NCBI RefSeq assembly: GCF_058153355.1
Contig: NZ_CM177019.1
DNA: 64,000 nt
Strand: one strand, 5' to 3'
The position numbers and the translations under genes were made by a program. The notes under the pieces are model-generated. The model did no database searches. It saw only the letters and a list, made by a program, of their open reading frames with translations, and was not told the DNA's origin. Positions 46,389 to 55,054 of this stretch are shown in pieces. Every line of letters starts with the position of its first letter. Within the stretch, counting starts at the first letter, position 1.

Positions 46389-47108
46389 TTAAATCTCTGT
46401 TTCTTTTCCTGCTCGGCTCAACCAATACTCCATTGTTTGAGTATGAATCTTTTCAGCGTATATTTTATCAATTAATTTATCTTGTTTTTCTTTAATGACT
46501 TCACGCAGTGAATCATATAACATAAAAAAACGTTCATCATCTTCCTCATTATTACCGTAATTTATTTGATTGAGCTCTGAAAAAATATGATAGTACCTTT
46601 TCTTCTTGGTCCCCGGCAATATTAAAACCAAGCCACATTGATCATATTCGAATTCACCTTTATGGGCAGCAAAGTTATGTCTAACATTCATAATAGAATC
46701 ATGTAAATCTCTGTATTTTTCTGGCACATGCTTTCTCTGCAATGTGAATCGACGCCCTTTCGCCTCTGTAAAACACTTACCGTAAGTAACAACTTTTGAT
46801 ATAAATAAAGACTTTAATATTAGATTCTTTTCTAAATCCGGATAAATAAAGTGTTGTTCTTTATTAATGTTATTACAAATGTTTTTTATTATATTCTCCC
46901 AACCAATAACATTCCGAAGATCTTTATCAAGCAACTGTAAGGCCACATATTGTTCTACAAAGCGGCCTTTTAAAGGTATTCGTGGTAATATTACACCTTT
47001 CTGCTTATAAATTCTTTCTATCGTATTATCTGGATATTGGATCTTCCTTATTTCTATTCCGTCTTCTTCTGATACCCTTACTAATGGTTCATTTTTTAAC
47101 TTTGACAT
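46389..47108 (-). CDS. AT-rich orphan gene, 239-aa protein with RHNFAAH (Rx5H) motif; candidate HEPN-like defence/Abi protein
   Basis: Single ORF with AAGAGGG 6 nt upstream. 14 G/C in the 60 nt at 46861..46920, versus 32/60 at 45601..45660. Motif at residues 143-149 (46682..46662). Confidence 0.6.
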   Translation of the reverse strand: MSKLKNEPLVRVSEEDGIEIRKIQYPDNTIERIYKQKGVILPRIPLKGRFVEQYVALQLLDKDLRNVIGWENIIKNICNNINKEQHFIYPDLEKNLILKSLFISKVVTYGKCFTEAKGRRFTLQRKHVPEKYRDLHDSIMNVRHNFAAHKGEFEYDQCGLVLILPGTKKKRYYHIFSELNQINYGNNEEDDERFFMLYDSLREVIKEKQDKLIDKIYAEKIHTQTMEYWLSRAGKETEI

Positions 47109-47394
47109 GTTAACCCTCTTAAATAAAAAACTAACTTTATCCAGATAGTGTCCGTTAAGAAGTTTTCGTTACAACTAAGTTTCTAGGTAAATCATGAATC
47201 GACCTATAGTATCAAAAACATTTGGTGGTAAACATCTGCATTTATCAAATGGCAGGAGCGATTTAGGGGCATAGGGATAGTGATGATATCGATACTCGCC
47301 CCCCTCTTATGTCAACACAATGGCGTAAACTTAACGCTCACATCTCGCTCAAAGTGTGCTAGGAGATTTGGTTATGTTCAGGTGATACAAACCG

Positions 47395-48618
47395 TCAGTT
47401 TGAATCAGAGATAGTACAATTAACAATCGATTCAACCCTCTTCCACCATGCCAGGTAAGCTTTACGCTGTTCTTCTAGATAATCGCTCTTATCATAAACT
47501 TGCCATACCCCTGGCAGCTTATGACCAAGCATAATTTCTGCGATATGAGGCGCAGTAAGATCAGAAAAATTTGTTCGAGCTGTACGTCTCAAGTCATGAA
47601 GAGACCAATGAGGGAATTGATATCCTAAACACCGCCATGCGTACTGCATTAAATTGTAAGGCAGCGACTGCAATGATGTCCGACCAACGGGTTCCCTGCT
47701 TCCTTCCTTAGTAAAAAGCATATCGGAACCATTGTTCATAGAGATAGCGTACTTTATAAGCTCTTCAACCGGTTCAATAATGGGCCGCTTTAGCGGTTCG
47801 CCTGTTATCTCCCCTGTCTTATGTCGTTCTGGTGGTACAGTCCATACTTTATTAATGAAATCAAAATCGTCCACCCGGGCGGTAATTAGCTCTGAACTAC
47901 GGCAACCAAAATGCAGCAATAGTTTAATGAAGGCCCGGTATTTAGGAACCATTCGAGAACCATCGATCGCAGCATAAAGGATTTTAATTTCATCATGTGT
48001 CAGAAACCGTTTCTTCTGACCTTTACGGATATCCATATCTTTACCCGTGATATCCGACAGCGGGCGAGTTTCAATGAGCTTTCTCTTATACGCCCAGACA
48101 TGGGCCTGCTTTGCGTTAATTAGCAATCGGTCTGCTATTGCTGGAGTCTTAGTGCTAAGAGGCTCCAGGACTTCTAACCAATCATGCAATGTAGCTGCAT
48201 CGTGAGGGATATTCCCGATTTTAGAGAACAGGTGCAGCTCAAACGAGCGAAGTATCTGTTCAGAACCTTTTTTATTTTTTACACAATATGCTTCATACCA
48301 AGCACGGATCACAGACTCTACCGTCATGGCTTCAGTAGCTTTTCGTTTTTCAGCCTGCTTGACCAATCGTGGATTACGGTTTGACTCGAGTTCACCACGA
48401 AGACGGATAACTTCTTCTCTGGCCTCTTTTAATCCAGTTGCCGGGTAAGTTCCGATATCAAGACGCTCACCTTTCCCTGCCCATTGATAACGATATTGGA
48501 ACACTACGCGACCTTTCGGTGATACTCTGACAGACAGACCATCACGATCGGATTTAACCAAAACCTTATCACGTTCCTTTCCAACGACTGAACGCAACCA
48601 CGCATCAGACAGCGCCAT
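47395..48618 (-). CDS. tyrosine integrase, P4/IntS-type
   Basis: 407 aa. N-terminal DUF4102-like region (LSDAWLRSVVGKERDK..LSVRVSPKG). C-terminal HDLRRTARTN, LGH and Y (VYDKSDY) catalytic residues. Confidence 0.9.
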   Translation of the reverse strand: MALSDAWLRSVVGKERDKVLVKSDRDGLSVRVSPKGRVVFQYRYQWAGKGERLDIGTYPATGLKEAREEVIRLRGELESNRNPRLVKQAEKRKATEAMTVESVIRAWYEAYCVKNKKGSEQILRSFELHLFSKIGNIPHDAATLHDWLEVLEPLSTKTPAIADRLLINAKQAHVWAYKRKLIETRPLSDITGKDMDIRKGQKKRFLTHDEIKILYAAIDGSRMVPKYRAFIKLLLHFGCRSSELITARVDDFDFINKVWTVPPERHKTGEITGEPLKRPIIEPVEELIKYAISMNNGSDMLFTKEGSREPVGRTSLQSLPYNLMQYAWRCLGYQFPHWSLHDLRRTARTNFSDLTAPHIAEIMLGHKLPGVWQVYDKSDYLEEQRKAYLAWWKRVESIVNCTISDSN

Positions 48619-48627
48619 TACTCACCT

Positions 48628-48684
48628 TGTACAAATCGCAAAACACCTCTGCTGTTTTGTACATTATGTACAAGCATATGTACA
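48628..48684. repeat. TGTACA arm-type repeats (P arm candidate)
   Basis: TGTACA at 48628, 48658, 48667 and 48679, immediately upstream of the int start. Confidence 0.6.
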
Positions 48685-48848
48685 GATTTTTGATGAAAGC
48701 AAGCTGATCGATTTAAAGTTACATGAAAGAGTTTTCAATTAAAGAAGCTACATAAGCAAATGTATTTAAATGAGTTATATAGCTCAACTTCAATTAACTG
48801 AAAGGATTTTGAAAGAGTAAAAGAGCTTTAATTTGGACTTAATTATTG

Positions 48849-48862
48849 GGGTGAGAAATAAT
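48849..48862. repeat. attR core
   Basis: GGGTGAGAAATAAT, identical to 9296..9309. Confidence 0.8.
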
Positions 48863-48913
48863 GGCAAAAGTGCGGCGCTTCGCCACCTCTTGCAAATAAG
48901 GAGACAACGTCAT
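48849..48913 (-). pseudogene. prfC: orphaned native 5' end of prfC (22 codons)
   Basis: The minus strand from ATG 48913 reads [22 protein letters not shown], then NN-stop in phage DNA. Confidence 0.85.
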
Positions 48914-49003
48914 AATTCTTTCTTCTTGAGTAAGCGGCATCGCGCCGCGCTTGTTGAAAACGAAAAATTGCGGCTATTTTACCCATCAACGGGGGGGAGG
49001 CAA

Positions 49004-49681
49004 TCAGTGTTTACACAGGAGCTGCTCCAGTTCGTGCAACGAAGAAACGGTCCAGGTAGGCGCGATGCCTTCTGGTTGCTCGCGATTGTGCGCATTCAGC
49101 CAGCAGGTCGCAAGCCCGGCGTTGATGCCACCGAGAATATCGGACTCGGCAGTGTCGCCAACCATCAGCACGCGTGAACGGTCAGGATTGCCCGCCTGTT
49201 CCAGCGCATAATCGAAAATTTTCTTATTCGGTTTGGCTACGCCAACTTCTTCGGAAATCACCAACAAATCGAAATAATCACGCAGGCCCGTGCGTTCCAG
49301 ACGCACTTGCTGCAAGGCGCTAAAGCCGTTGGTGATGATGCCGATTTTGGCGTTGCCGCGAATGGCATTAAGCAGGGAAACCGCGCCCGGCAGCGGTGTG
49401 CAAATTTCCGCCATCGCATTAATGAAGGCCTCGTTGAGTTTACCTGGCTCGACGTTCAGCCGTTCGGCCCAGCTCTCAAAACGCCCGTGCTGAAGCTGTA
49501 ATGAAGTGATCGCACCGTTTTGATAATCTACCCACAGGGGCTTGTTAACGGCCTGATAGTCCTGAAAATCTTCAGCGGTAAAAGTGACGCTGTAATCAAG
49601 AAACATCCGCTGCAGGCCGGTGAATGAGTCAAAGGTAAACAGCGTTTCATCGGCATCAAAGAAAATCCAGTCCCACTTCAT
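49004..49681 (-). CDS. yjjG: HAD-family pyrimidine 5'-nucleotidase
   Basis: 225 aa. HAD motif [10 protein letters not shown]. Confidence 0.9.
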   Translation of the reverse strand: MKWDWIFFDADETLFTFDSFTGLQRMFLDYSVTFTAEDFQDYQAVNKPLWVDYQNGAITSLQLQHGRFESWAERLNVEPGKLNEAFINAMAEICTPLPGAVSLLNAIRGNAKIGIITNGFSALQQVRLERTGLRDYFDLLVISEEVGVAKPNKKIFDYALEQAGNPDRSRVLMVGDTAESDILGGINAGLATCWLNAHNREQPEGIAPTWTVSSLHELEQLLCKH

Positions 49682-49695
49682 TATTCCACCTTGTC

Positions 49696-50142
49696 TTACA
49701 TACTGATTGGCAACGCCATGATGATGGCGTCTTCGCGACCGTCCTTGGTGGGGTAGTAATTGCGGCGAATCGTCGCCTCGTTAAAGCCTAAACTTTCGTA
49801 CAGGGCAATGGCGGCAGCGTTTGAGGCACGGACTTCCAGCCATAGCGTCGCCACGCCGCGTTTTTCCAGTTCGTCGATCAGATGTTCCAGCAGCGCCCTT
49901 CCCAGTCCCTGACGCTGATAGTCAGGATCGACCGCAATATTGAACAATGTAGCTTCATCCAGCACCACTTGCGTAATCGCAAACGCCGCCATTTTGCCGT
50001 TTTGCGTTAACTGAAAGTTGAGATAACGCTCGCCCTGATTACTGGCAAAGGTTTTTTCACTCCACGGAAAGGCGTGGGCGCGTTGTTCAATGTGGAAAGC
50101 CGTTGGTAAATCAGTCGTTTCGAGGGAAGAAATCGTGTTCAT
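49696..50142 (-). CDS. rimI: ribosomal protein S18 alanine N-acetyltransferase
   Basis: 148 aa. GNAT motif [10 protein letters not shown]. Confidence 0.9.
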   Translation of the reverse strand: MNTISSLETTDLPTAFHIEQRAHAFPWSEKTFASNQGERYLNFQLTQNGKMAAFAITQVVLDEATLFNIAVDPDYQRQGLGRALLEHLIDELEKRGVATLWLEVRASNAAAIALYESLGFNEATIRRNYYPTKDGREDAIIMALPISM

Positions 50143-50524
50143 ATGTGCAAATTTGTTGCCATAACGCGGCGCGTGCCGTTGGGTTTGCCCGTAATTCGGT
50201 GAGCGCCGGTGATGCCACCTGAGCGCCTTCCAGTGATAGCGGTTCGTCAGTACCCAACCGCCAGCTGTTGCAGCGACTGCCTTGCGGCAGCATCGCGATT
50301 TTTTCTGGCGTCAGTTGCAGCACTTGATCGGGGCTGACGGTTAATGCACGCAGAACATCGCTCACCAGAGGATCGGTCAGGGCGGGAAGATCGTTTGCCA
50401 CCATCACCAGACGGACGTGTGCCGGGATCGCAATGGCAATCTCCCCCTGCAACGCGCCAGGGCGACGCAGCGACCACTGGGTAATGCCCAGTTGCTGTAA
50501 CTGCCAGTCTCGTCGGGATGTCAT
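50111..50524 (-). CDS. holD: DNA polymerase III psi subunit
   Basis: 137 aa. MTSRRDWQLQQLGITQWSLRRP. Overlaps the rimI start as in E. coli. Confidence 0.9.
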   Translation of the reverse strand: MTSRRDWQLQQLGITQWSLRRPGALQGEIAIAIPAHVRLVMVANDLPALTDPLVSDVLRALTVSPDQVLQLTPEKIAMLPQGSRCNSWRLGTDEPLSLEGAQVASPALTELRANPTARAALWQQICTYEHDFFPRND

Positions 50525-50626
50525 AGCGAATCGCTCCTGTTGTCAGGGGCGCAAATATAGCAAATTCGTCGATACCGCGCCAACATATGGCTATAATCGC
50601 CGCCAGTATCAATTGAGGAGCATTCC

Positions 50627-51658
50627 ATGTCTGCATTTACCCCGGCAAGTGAAGTCTTGCTGCGTCACAGTGATGATTTCGAACAAAGCCGTATTCTTTT
50701 TGCCGGAGACTTACAGGATGACCTGCCCGCGCGTTTAGATACCGCGGCCAGCCGTGCTCATACCCAGCAGTTCCACCACTGGCAGGTATTAAGCCGCCAA
50801 ATGGGTGATAACGCCCGTTTTAGTCTGGTCGCCACGGCGGATGACGTCGCAGATTGCGATACGCTGATTTACTACTGGCCGAAGAACAAACCGGAAGCCC
50901 AGTTTCAGTTGATGAATTTACTTTCTCTGCTGCCGGTGGGAACGGATATTTTTGTCGTTGGCGAGAACCGAAGCGGCGTGCGCAGCGCCGAGCAGATGCT
51001 GGCAGATTATGCACCGTTGAATAAGGTGGACAGCGCCCGTCGCTGTGGCCTCTATTTTGGTCGTCTGGAAAAACAGCCGGTATTTGATGCCGATAAATTC
51101 TGGGGCGAATACAGCGTCGATGGCCTGACGGTCAAAACGTTGCCGGGCGTGTTTAGCCGCGACGGTCTGGATGTCGGTAGCCAGTTGCTGCTTTCGACGT
51201 TAACCCCGCACACGAAAGGTAAAGTGCTGGATGTCGGCTGCGGTGCAGGCGTTCTTTCAGTTGCCTTTGCACGCCACTCACCGAAGATTCGTCTCACGTT
51301 GTGCGATGTTTCTGCGCCAGCAGTTGAAGCCAGCCGTGCAACACTTGCGGCCAACGGTATTGAAGGTGAAGTCTTTGCCAGCAACGTCTTTTCTGAGGTG
51401 AAAGGTCGTTTTGATATGATCATCTCCAATCCGCCGTTCCACGATGGGATGCAAACCAGTCTGGATGCAGCACAAACGCTGATTCGCGGCGCGGTGCGTC
51501 ATCTTAACAGCGGCGGCGAGCTGCGAATTGTAGCGAACGCCTTCCTGCCTTACCCGGACGTGCTGGATGAGACATTTGGCTTCCACGAAGTGATCGCGCA
51601 AACCGGGCGCTTCAAGGTGTATCGCGCCATTATGACCCGCCAGGCGAAGAAAGGTTAA
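50627..51658 (+). CDS. rsmC: 16S rRNA m2G1207 methyltransferase
   Basis: 343 aa. SAM motif [11 protein letters not shown] and NPPFH. Confidence 0.9.
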   Translation: MSAFTPASEVLLRHSDDFEQSRILFAGDLQDDLPARLDTAASRAHTQQFHHWQVLSRQMGDNARFSLVATADDVADCDTLIYYWPKNKPEAQFQLMNLLSLLPVGTDIFVVGENRSGVRSAEQMLADYAPLNKVDSARRCGLYFGRLEKQPVFDADKFWGEYSVDGLTVKTLPGVFSRDGLDVGSQLLLSTLTPHTKGKVLDVGCGAGVLSVAFARHSPKIRLTLCDVSAPAVEASRATLAANGIEGEVFASNVFSEVKGRFDMIISNPPFHDGMQTSLDAAQTLIRGAVRHLNSGGELRIVANAFLPYPDVLDETFGFHEVIAQTGRFKVYRAIMTRQAKKG

Positions 51659-51677
51659 GTATCCCGCCGCAAGCCTT

Positions 51678-51711
51678 GCCGGATGCGGCGTGCTTGCCTT
51701 ATACAACCTAC
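51678..51711. repeat. REP element flanking the intron 3' side
   Basis: GCCGGATGCGGCGTGCTTGCCTTATACAACCTAC. A diverged copy with the same downstream AAAACCTGCA(A/C)GTTAG lies at 54148..54196. Confidence 0.75.
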
Positions 51712-51772
51712 AAAACCTGCAAGTTAGCCCTGTCGGGTAGCAGCGATTCATTACTGTCTCGCCGCCCCCTAA

Positions 51773-51806
51773 GAACGGTACGTGCGAGTTTCCCCGCATA
51801 CCGCTC
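51773..51806 (-). ncRNA. group II intron domain V
   Basis: GAGCGGTATGCGGGGAAACTCGCACGTACCGTTC: AGC triad, GAAA tetraloop and a compensatory C>G/G>C swap relative to the canonical GAGCCGUAUGCG...CGCACGUACGGUUC. Confidence 0.85.
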
Positions 51807-51812
51807 AAGCCT

Positions 51813-53492
51813 TTATAAGCCTCCACCTTGTGGGAGACCAGCGTCATTACTATGTAGTTGTCGATGGCAGTTGGGATGGAGTAGGACTAAATTGCTCACA
51901 TCATCGCTACCGCCAAGAGATTTCTTGAGCAAATGATGAACATTCCATCCTGTATCGCGATTAATCGGTTGCTCACATAAAGGGCAGCGCGATCCTTGCC
52001 TTTTCCATATAGCGAGAATCCTTTTCTGCCCCTGTTGGGATTTCTTCCATGAGTAGTCCAGCCTTCTTTCGAAGTATGTTTCCCACTCGGGATCATATGG
52101 ATTTGCCGTTCCCTTTATTTTTATATAGCGATTAATATGGATGTCGCTGGCCCGGGACAGAACATATTTCCTACCCTCCGGATCGACTCCATAAAATCGA
52201 CCATGACACATTTTTATTGTCGTGTGGTACTTTCGGAAGATCCATCTCCGGCCTTTGCCGGGATGTCTCCTTCTGCACCACTGCCAGATTTTGCGCCAGA
52301 TTTGGTTGTCGACATAGTTAAATGTCTCTGCCGATGCTACATGTTGGTGATAGTTTGCCCACCCGGTGATGATTGGATTAAGCAGATTTATTAGCACCCA
52401 TGCAGGAACCGTTCGGTTACCTTCAATAGTCTCTCTGATCTTGCTAAGAAATTGTTTAACGTTTTTCTTGGCTGGTCTGATTATGAGTTTTCTACCGAAG
52501 CGTCGGACGTGCTGCCCAAGGAAATCAAATCCGTCAGTAATGTGAGTGATGACCGTTTTCTCTTCGGATAACGTCAGCCCTCTTTCTGCAAGAAATGATT
52601 TCACCAACGGAAGAACATTCTCCTCCAGAAGTTCTTTCGACTTTCCGGAAATGATGAAATCATCAGCATACCGGACGAAGTGAACCTGATGTTTCCTGAA
52701 TGTTTTTGAGCGTTTCGGACCAAAGCGATTTTGCAGCAGTCTTTCCAGTCCATCCAGGGCCATGTTTGCCAGAACTGGAGATATGATTCCTCCCTGGGGT
52801 GTACCCGAGAGAGTTTTGCTGAATATGCTTTTTTCGATGATCCCGGCTTTCAACCAATTACGGAGTATTTGCTTGTCCATAGGAATATTTTCAAGCAGCC
52901 ACTCGTGGCTAATGTGTTCAAAGCATCCTTTAATATCGCCTTCCAGAACCCATTTCGAGGCGTTCCGGGAACTATACATATTACATACCTGTTGAATGGC
53001 GTCAGCCGTACATCGCGCTGGTCTGAAACCATAACTGTTGTGATCTGCATTAGTTTCCGATACAGGCTCCAATCCCAGCAGATGCAGGGCCTGCATTGCC
53101 CTGTCAAGCATGACGGGGATTCCTAATGGTCTTTTCTTGCCATTAGATTTGGGTATAAAAACTCTTTTTAGCGGTAGGGGCTTGTACCCTTTTCGCCTGA
53201 GTTTGAATATCGCTTCCCATTTTGATTCTGGAGTACTCCAGATTTGACCATCAACTCCGGGGGTTTTACGCCCGCTATTTTCCGTAACTCGTTTCACCGC
53301 CAGTGCTCTGGCGCTGAATGAGCGAACCAGCAATCGTTGCAATCTACCGACTGTACGCCATTGCTGGTTACATGCCGCCTTTGCGATTCTTGTCTGTATG
53401 GTTTTAACGTGTTGATGGCATTTCTTCCAGTTAATGGAATGCCAACCTTTTCCGTTGATGACCGCAGTTACATTGTTAGATGTAATTTTCAT
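51813..53492 (-). CDS. group II intron-encoded protein (RT, maturase X, DNA-binding and HNH endonuclease domains)
   Basis: RT motifs incl. FVRYADDFII. C-terminal HHLLKKSLGGSDDVSNLVLLHPNCHRQLH. Probable start MKITSNNV at 53492 (the track ORF extends to 53555). Confidence 0.9.
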   Translation of the reverse strand: MKITSNNVTAVINGKGWHSINWKKCHQHVKTIQTRIAKAACNQQWRTVGRLQRLLVRSFSARALAVKRVTENSGRKTPGVDGQIWSTPESKWEAIFKLRRKGYKPLPLKRVFIPKSNGKKRPLGIPVMLDRAMQALHLLGLEPVSETNADHNSYGFRPARCTADAIQQVCNMYSSRNASKWVLEGDIKGCFEHISHEWLLENIPMDKQILRNWLKAGIIEKSIFSKTLSGTPQGGIISPVLANMALDGLERLLQNRFGPKRSKTFRKHQVHFVRYADDFIISGKSKELLEENVLPLVKSFLAERGLTLSEEKTVITHITDGFDFLGQHVRRFGRKLIIRPAKKNVKQFLSKIRETIEGNRTVPAWVLINLLNPIITGWANYHQHVASAETFNYVDNQIWRKIWQWCRRRHPGKGRRWIFRKYHTTIKMCHGRFYGVDPEGRKYVLSRASDIHINRYIKIKGTANPYDPEWETYFERRLDYSWKKSQQGQKRILAIWKRQGSRCPLCEQPINRDTGWNVHHLLKKSLGGSDDVSNLVLLHPNCHRQLHSNDAGLPQGGGL

Positions 53493-54092
53493 ACATGTCA
53501 TCCAAAGAAACCTTCGCAGATGTTTCGCAATTAAAGACCAGATGGAAGTCAGCACGGTTTCCCGTTAAGGCAAATATTGAACCTCTATCCGCACGATTAC
53601 AGTCCGGCTTTCGCTTTTTCCATCCTCCTTTACCCGCATTCTCATCAGTTTGCCTTACGGTGCCCCTGCCACTAGGGCGAGAATTCGGGCTTACCAAGTT
53701 CCGACCAACATACAAAGAACGGGTTAGGTTCTGTCTATCCGCCGGGGGAGTTATTGTCCATGTATTCCCACTACGAACAGGAATAGCCTTACCCCTTACC
53801 TTTTGGTGCAAGCCTATCAGCATCTTTGGCTCGTTCTCTGTTACGACGTTTAACGACAGTTCACTATGTTAACCATACCGCCCAGCCTAGCGCTCTCGCC
53901 GCATGATGCTTGTAGCGATCAGGTTTTCTCACGATTAACTGAAGCAATATTTGCTAAGCTACATTGTCCCAAGGGCTTCAGACAGAGCCGTTACCAGCTT
54001 TGCCTGCCTCAGTAGGCTACAACTAATGGAATAGTTGGTTTTATATAAATAATTTATCAAAACAATATGTTGGACGACTTCTTGTCGCACTC

Positions 54093-54180
54093 GTAGGCCA
54101 GATAAGACGCGCCCGCGTCGCATCTGGCATCTGCACCCAAATACCGTGTCGGATGCGGCATGAACGCCTTATCCGACCTA
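54093..54180. repeat. two REP elements flanking the intron 5' side
   Basis: GTAGGCCAGATAAGACGCGCCCGCGTCGCATCTGGC (54093..54128) and GTCGGATGCGGCATGAACGCCTTATCCGACCTA (54148..54180). Confidence 0.8.
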
Positions 54181-54248
54181 TAAAACCTGCACGTTAGTTT
54201 CCTGATGGACATTTTTCCAGCAATTACACCTCCGTCGATAATTAACTA

Positions 54249-54276
54249 TTGACGAAAAGCTGAAAACCACTAGAAT
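54249..54276 (+). promoter_or_regulatory. leuQPV tRNA operon promoter
   Basis: TTGACG - 16 nt - TAGAAT followed by the GC-rich discriminator GCGCCTCC, about 40 nt upstream of the first tRNA. Confidence 0.8.
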
Positions 54277-54317
54277 GCGCCTCCGTGGTAGCAATTCTTT
54301 TTAAGAATTGATGGTAT

Positions 54318-54404
54318 GCGAAGGTGGCGGAATTGGTAGACGCGCTAGCTTCAGGTGTTAGTGTCCTTACGGACGTGGGGGTTCAAGTCCCCCCCCTCGC
54401 ACCA
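54318..54404 (+). tRNA. leuQ: tRNA-Leu (CAG)
   Basis: 87 nt, GCGAAGGTGGCGGAATTGGTAGACGCG...GGTTCAAGTCCCCCCCTCGCACCA. Long variable arm, anticodon loop CTTCAGGTG, encoded CCA. Confidence 0.95.
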
Positions 54405-54432
54405 AAAACCACGTTGATATTGCTCGCACTGG

Positions 54433-54519
54433 GCGAAGGTGGCGGAATTGGTAGACGCGCTAGCTTCAGGTGTTAGTGTTCTTACGGACGTGGGGGTTCA
54501 AGTCCCCCCCCTCGCACCA
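54433..54519 (+). tRNA. leuP: tRNA-Leu (CAG)
   Basis: Same 87-nt sequence with one variable-arm difference (GTGTTC vs GTGTCC), which keeps pairing as G-U. Confidence 0.95.
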
Positions 54520-54552
54520 AACGAGGCGATATCAAAAAAGTAAGATGACTGT

Positions 54553-54639
54553 GCGAAGGTGGCGGAATTGGTAGACGCGCTAGCTTCAGGTGTTAGTGTC
54601 CTTACGGACGTGGGGGTTCAAGTCCCCCCCCTCGCACCA
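54553..54639 (+). tRNA. leuV: tRNA-Leu (CAG)
   Basis: Identical to the first copy. Third gene of the tandem array. Confidence 0.95.
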
Positions 54640-54677
54640 ATTATCTTTACTTCCTTTCTTGTTTCTTCCCTGTTTTG

Positions 54678-54914
54678 TCATCCCTGATTCAAATTCATTA
54701 TCATCAGCATGATGCCAGCAATAAGCGCCAGGCATGATGGTAGCAAAATGTAATGCCGTAACTGTTTGTGATACAACATCACTGGCGTCATCACCAATCC
54801 CATCAGAATGACAATCCGCCACTGATCCGGCGATAAATCCGCATACATCAGCCCTGCAATCAGCAATCCCGGCAGCAACACTCCCCAACCACTGCCCAGC
54901 ATACGTTGCAACAT
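54678..54914 (-). CDS. yjjZ: small inner-membrane protein
   Basis: 78-aa form MLQRMLGSGWGVLLPGLLIAGLMY... from ATG 54914. The track ORF extends to 55025. Confidence 0.8.
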   Translation of the reverse strand: MLQRMLGSGWGVLLPGLLIAGLMYADLSPDQWRIVILMGLVMTPVMLYHKQLRHYILLPSCLALIAGIMLMIMNLNQG

Positions 54915-54932
54915 GGTTTCATCTCTTTTATT

Positions 54933-54951
54933 GATAATGATAACTAATATC
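54933..54951. promoter_or_regulatory. Fur box in the yjjZ-fhuF divergent region
   Basis: GATAATGATAACTAATATC versus consensus GATAATGATAATCATTATC. A second partial box, GCAATCATTATCATT, is at 55032..55046. Confidence 0.75.
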
Positions 54952-55054
54952 ATATGATAATTTTTATCATTTGCAAGCCAGAGAAATCCCTTGCTATCGG
55001 GTAAACCTATCGTTAGGATTAGCAATCATTATCATTTAGATTACTATCACGATT

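Larger units (their letters stand above)
9296..48862. mobile_element. integrated mosaic prophage (~39.6 kb): lambdoid early region, HK97-type head, Mu/e14-like contractile tail
   Basis: Bounded by a 14-bp direct repeat GGGTGAGAAATAAT (9296..9309, 48849..48862). Integrase at the right end. Complete head, tail, lysis, replication and immunity modules lie between prfC and yjjG, which I recall as adjacent in K-12. Confidence 0.9.
51732..54090 (-). mobile_element. full-length group II intron (~2.36 kb; 3' boundary +/- ~10 nt)
   Basis: 5' end GTGCGACAAG (revcomp of 54081..54090). About 600 nt of structured 5' RNA precede the RT ORF. Domain V at 51806..51773. Domain VI helix GCGGCGA/TCGCTGC with a bulged A 6-7 nt before a terminal ...GAC. 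Confidence 0.85.

Noticed and set aside
51278-51847. 189-aa minus-strand ORF
   Set aside because: It is antisense to the 3' half of rsmC and runs through a REP and intron domains V-VI. It is an artefact.
51813-53555. Reverse transcriptase as a defence RT (DRT, Abi or retron-type)
   Set aside because: It is flanked by a GTGCG 5' end, a canonical domain V and domain VI, and it carries maturase X and HNH domains. It is an intron-encoded protein.
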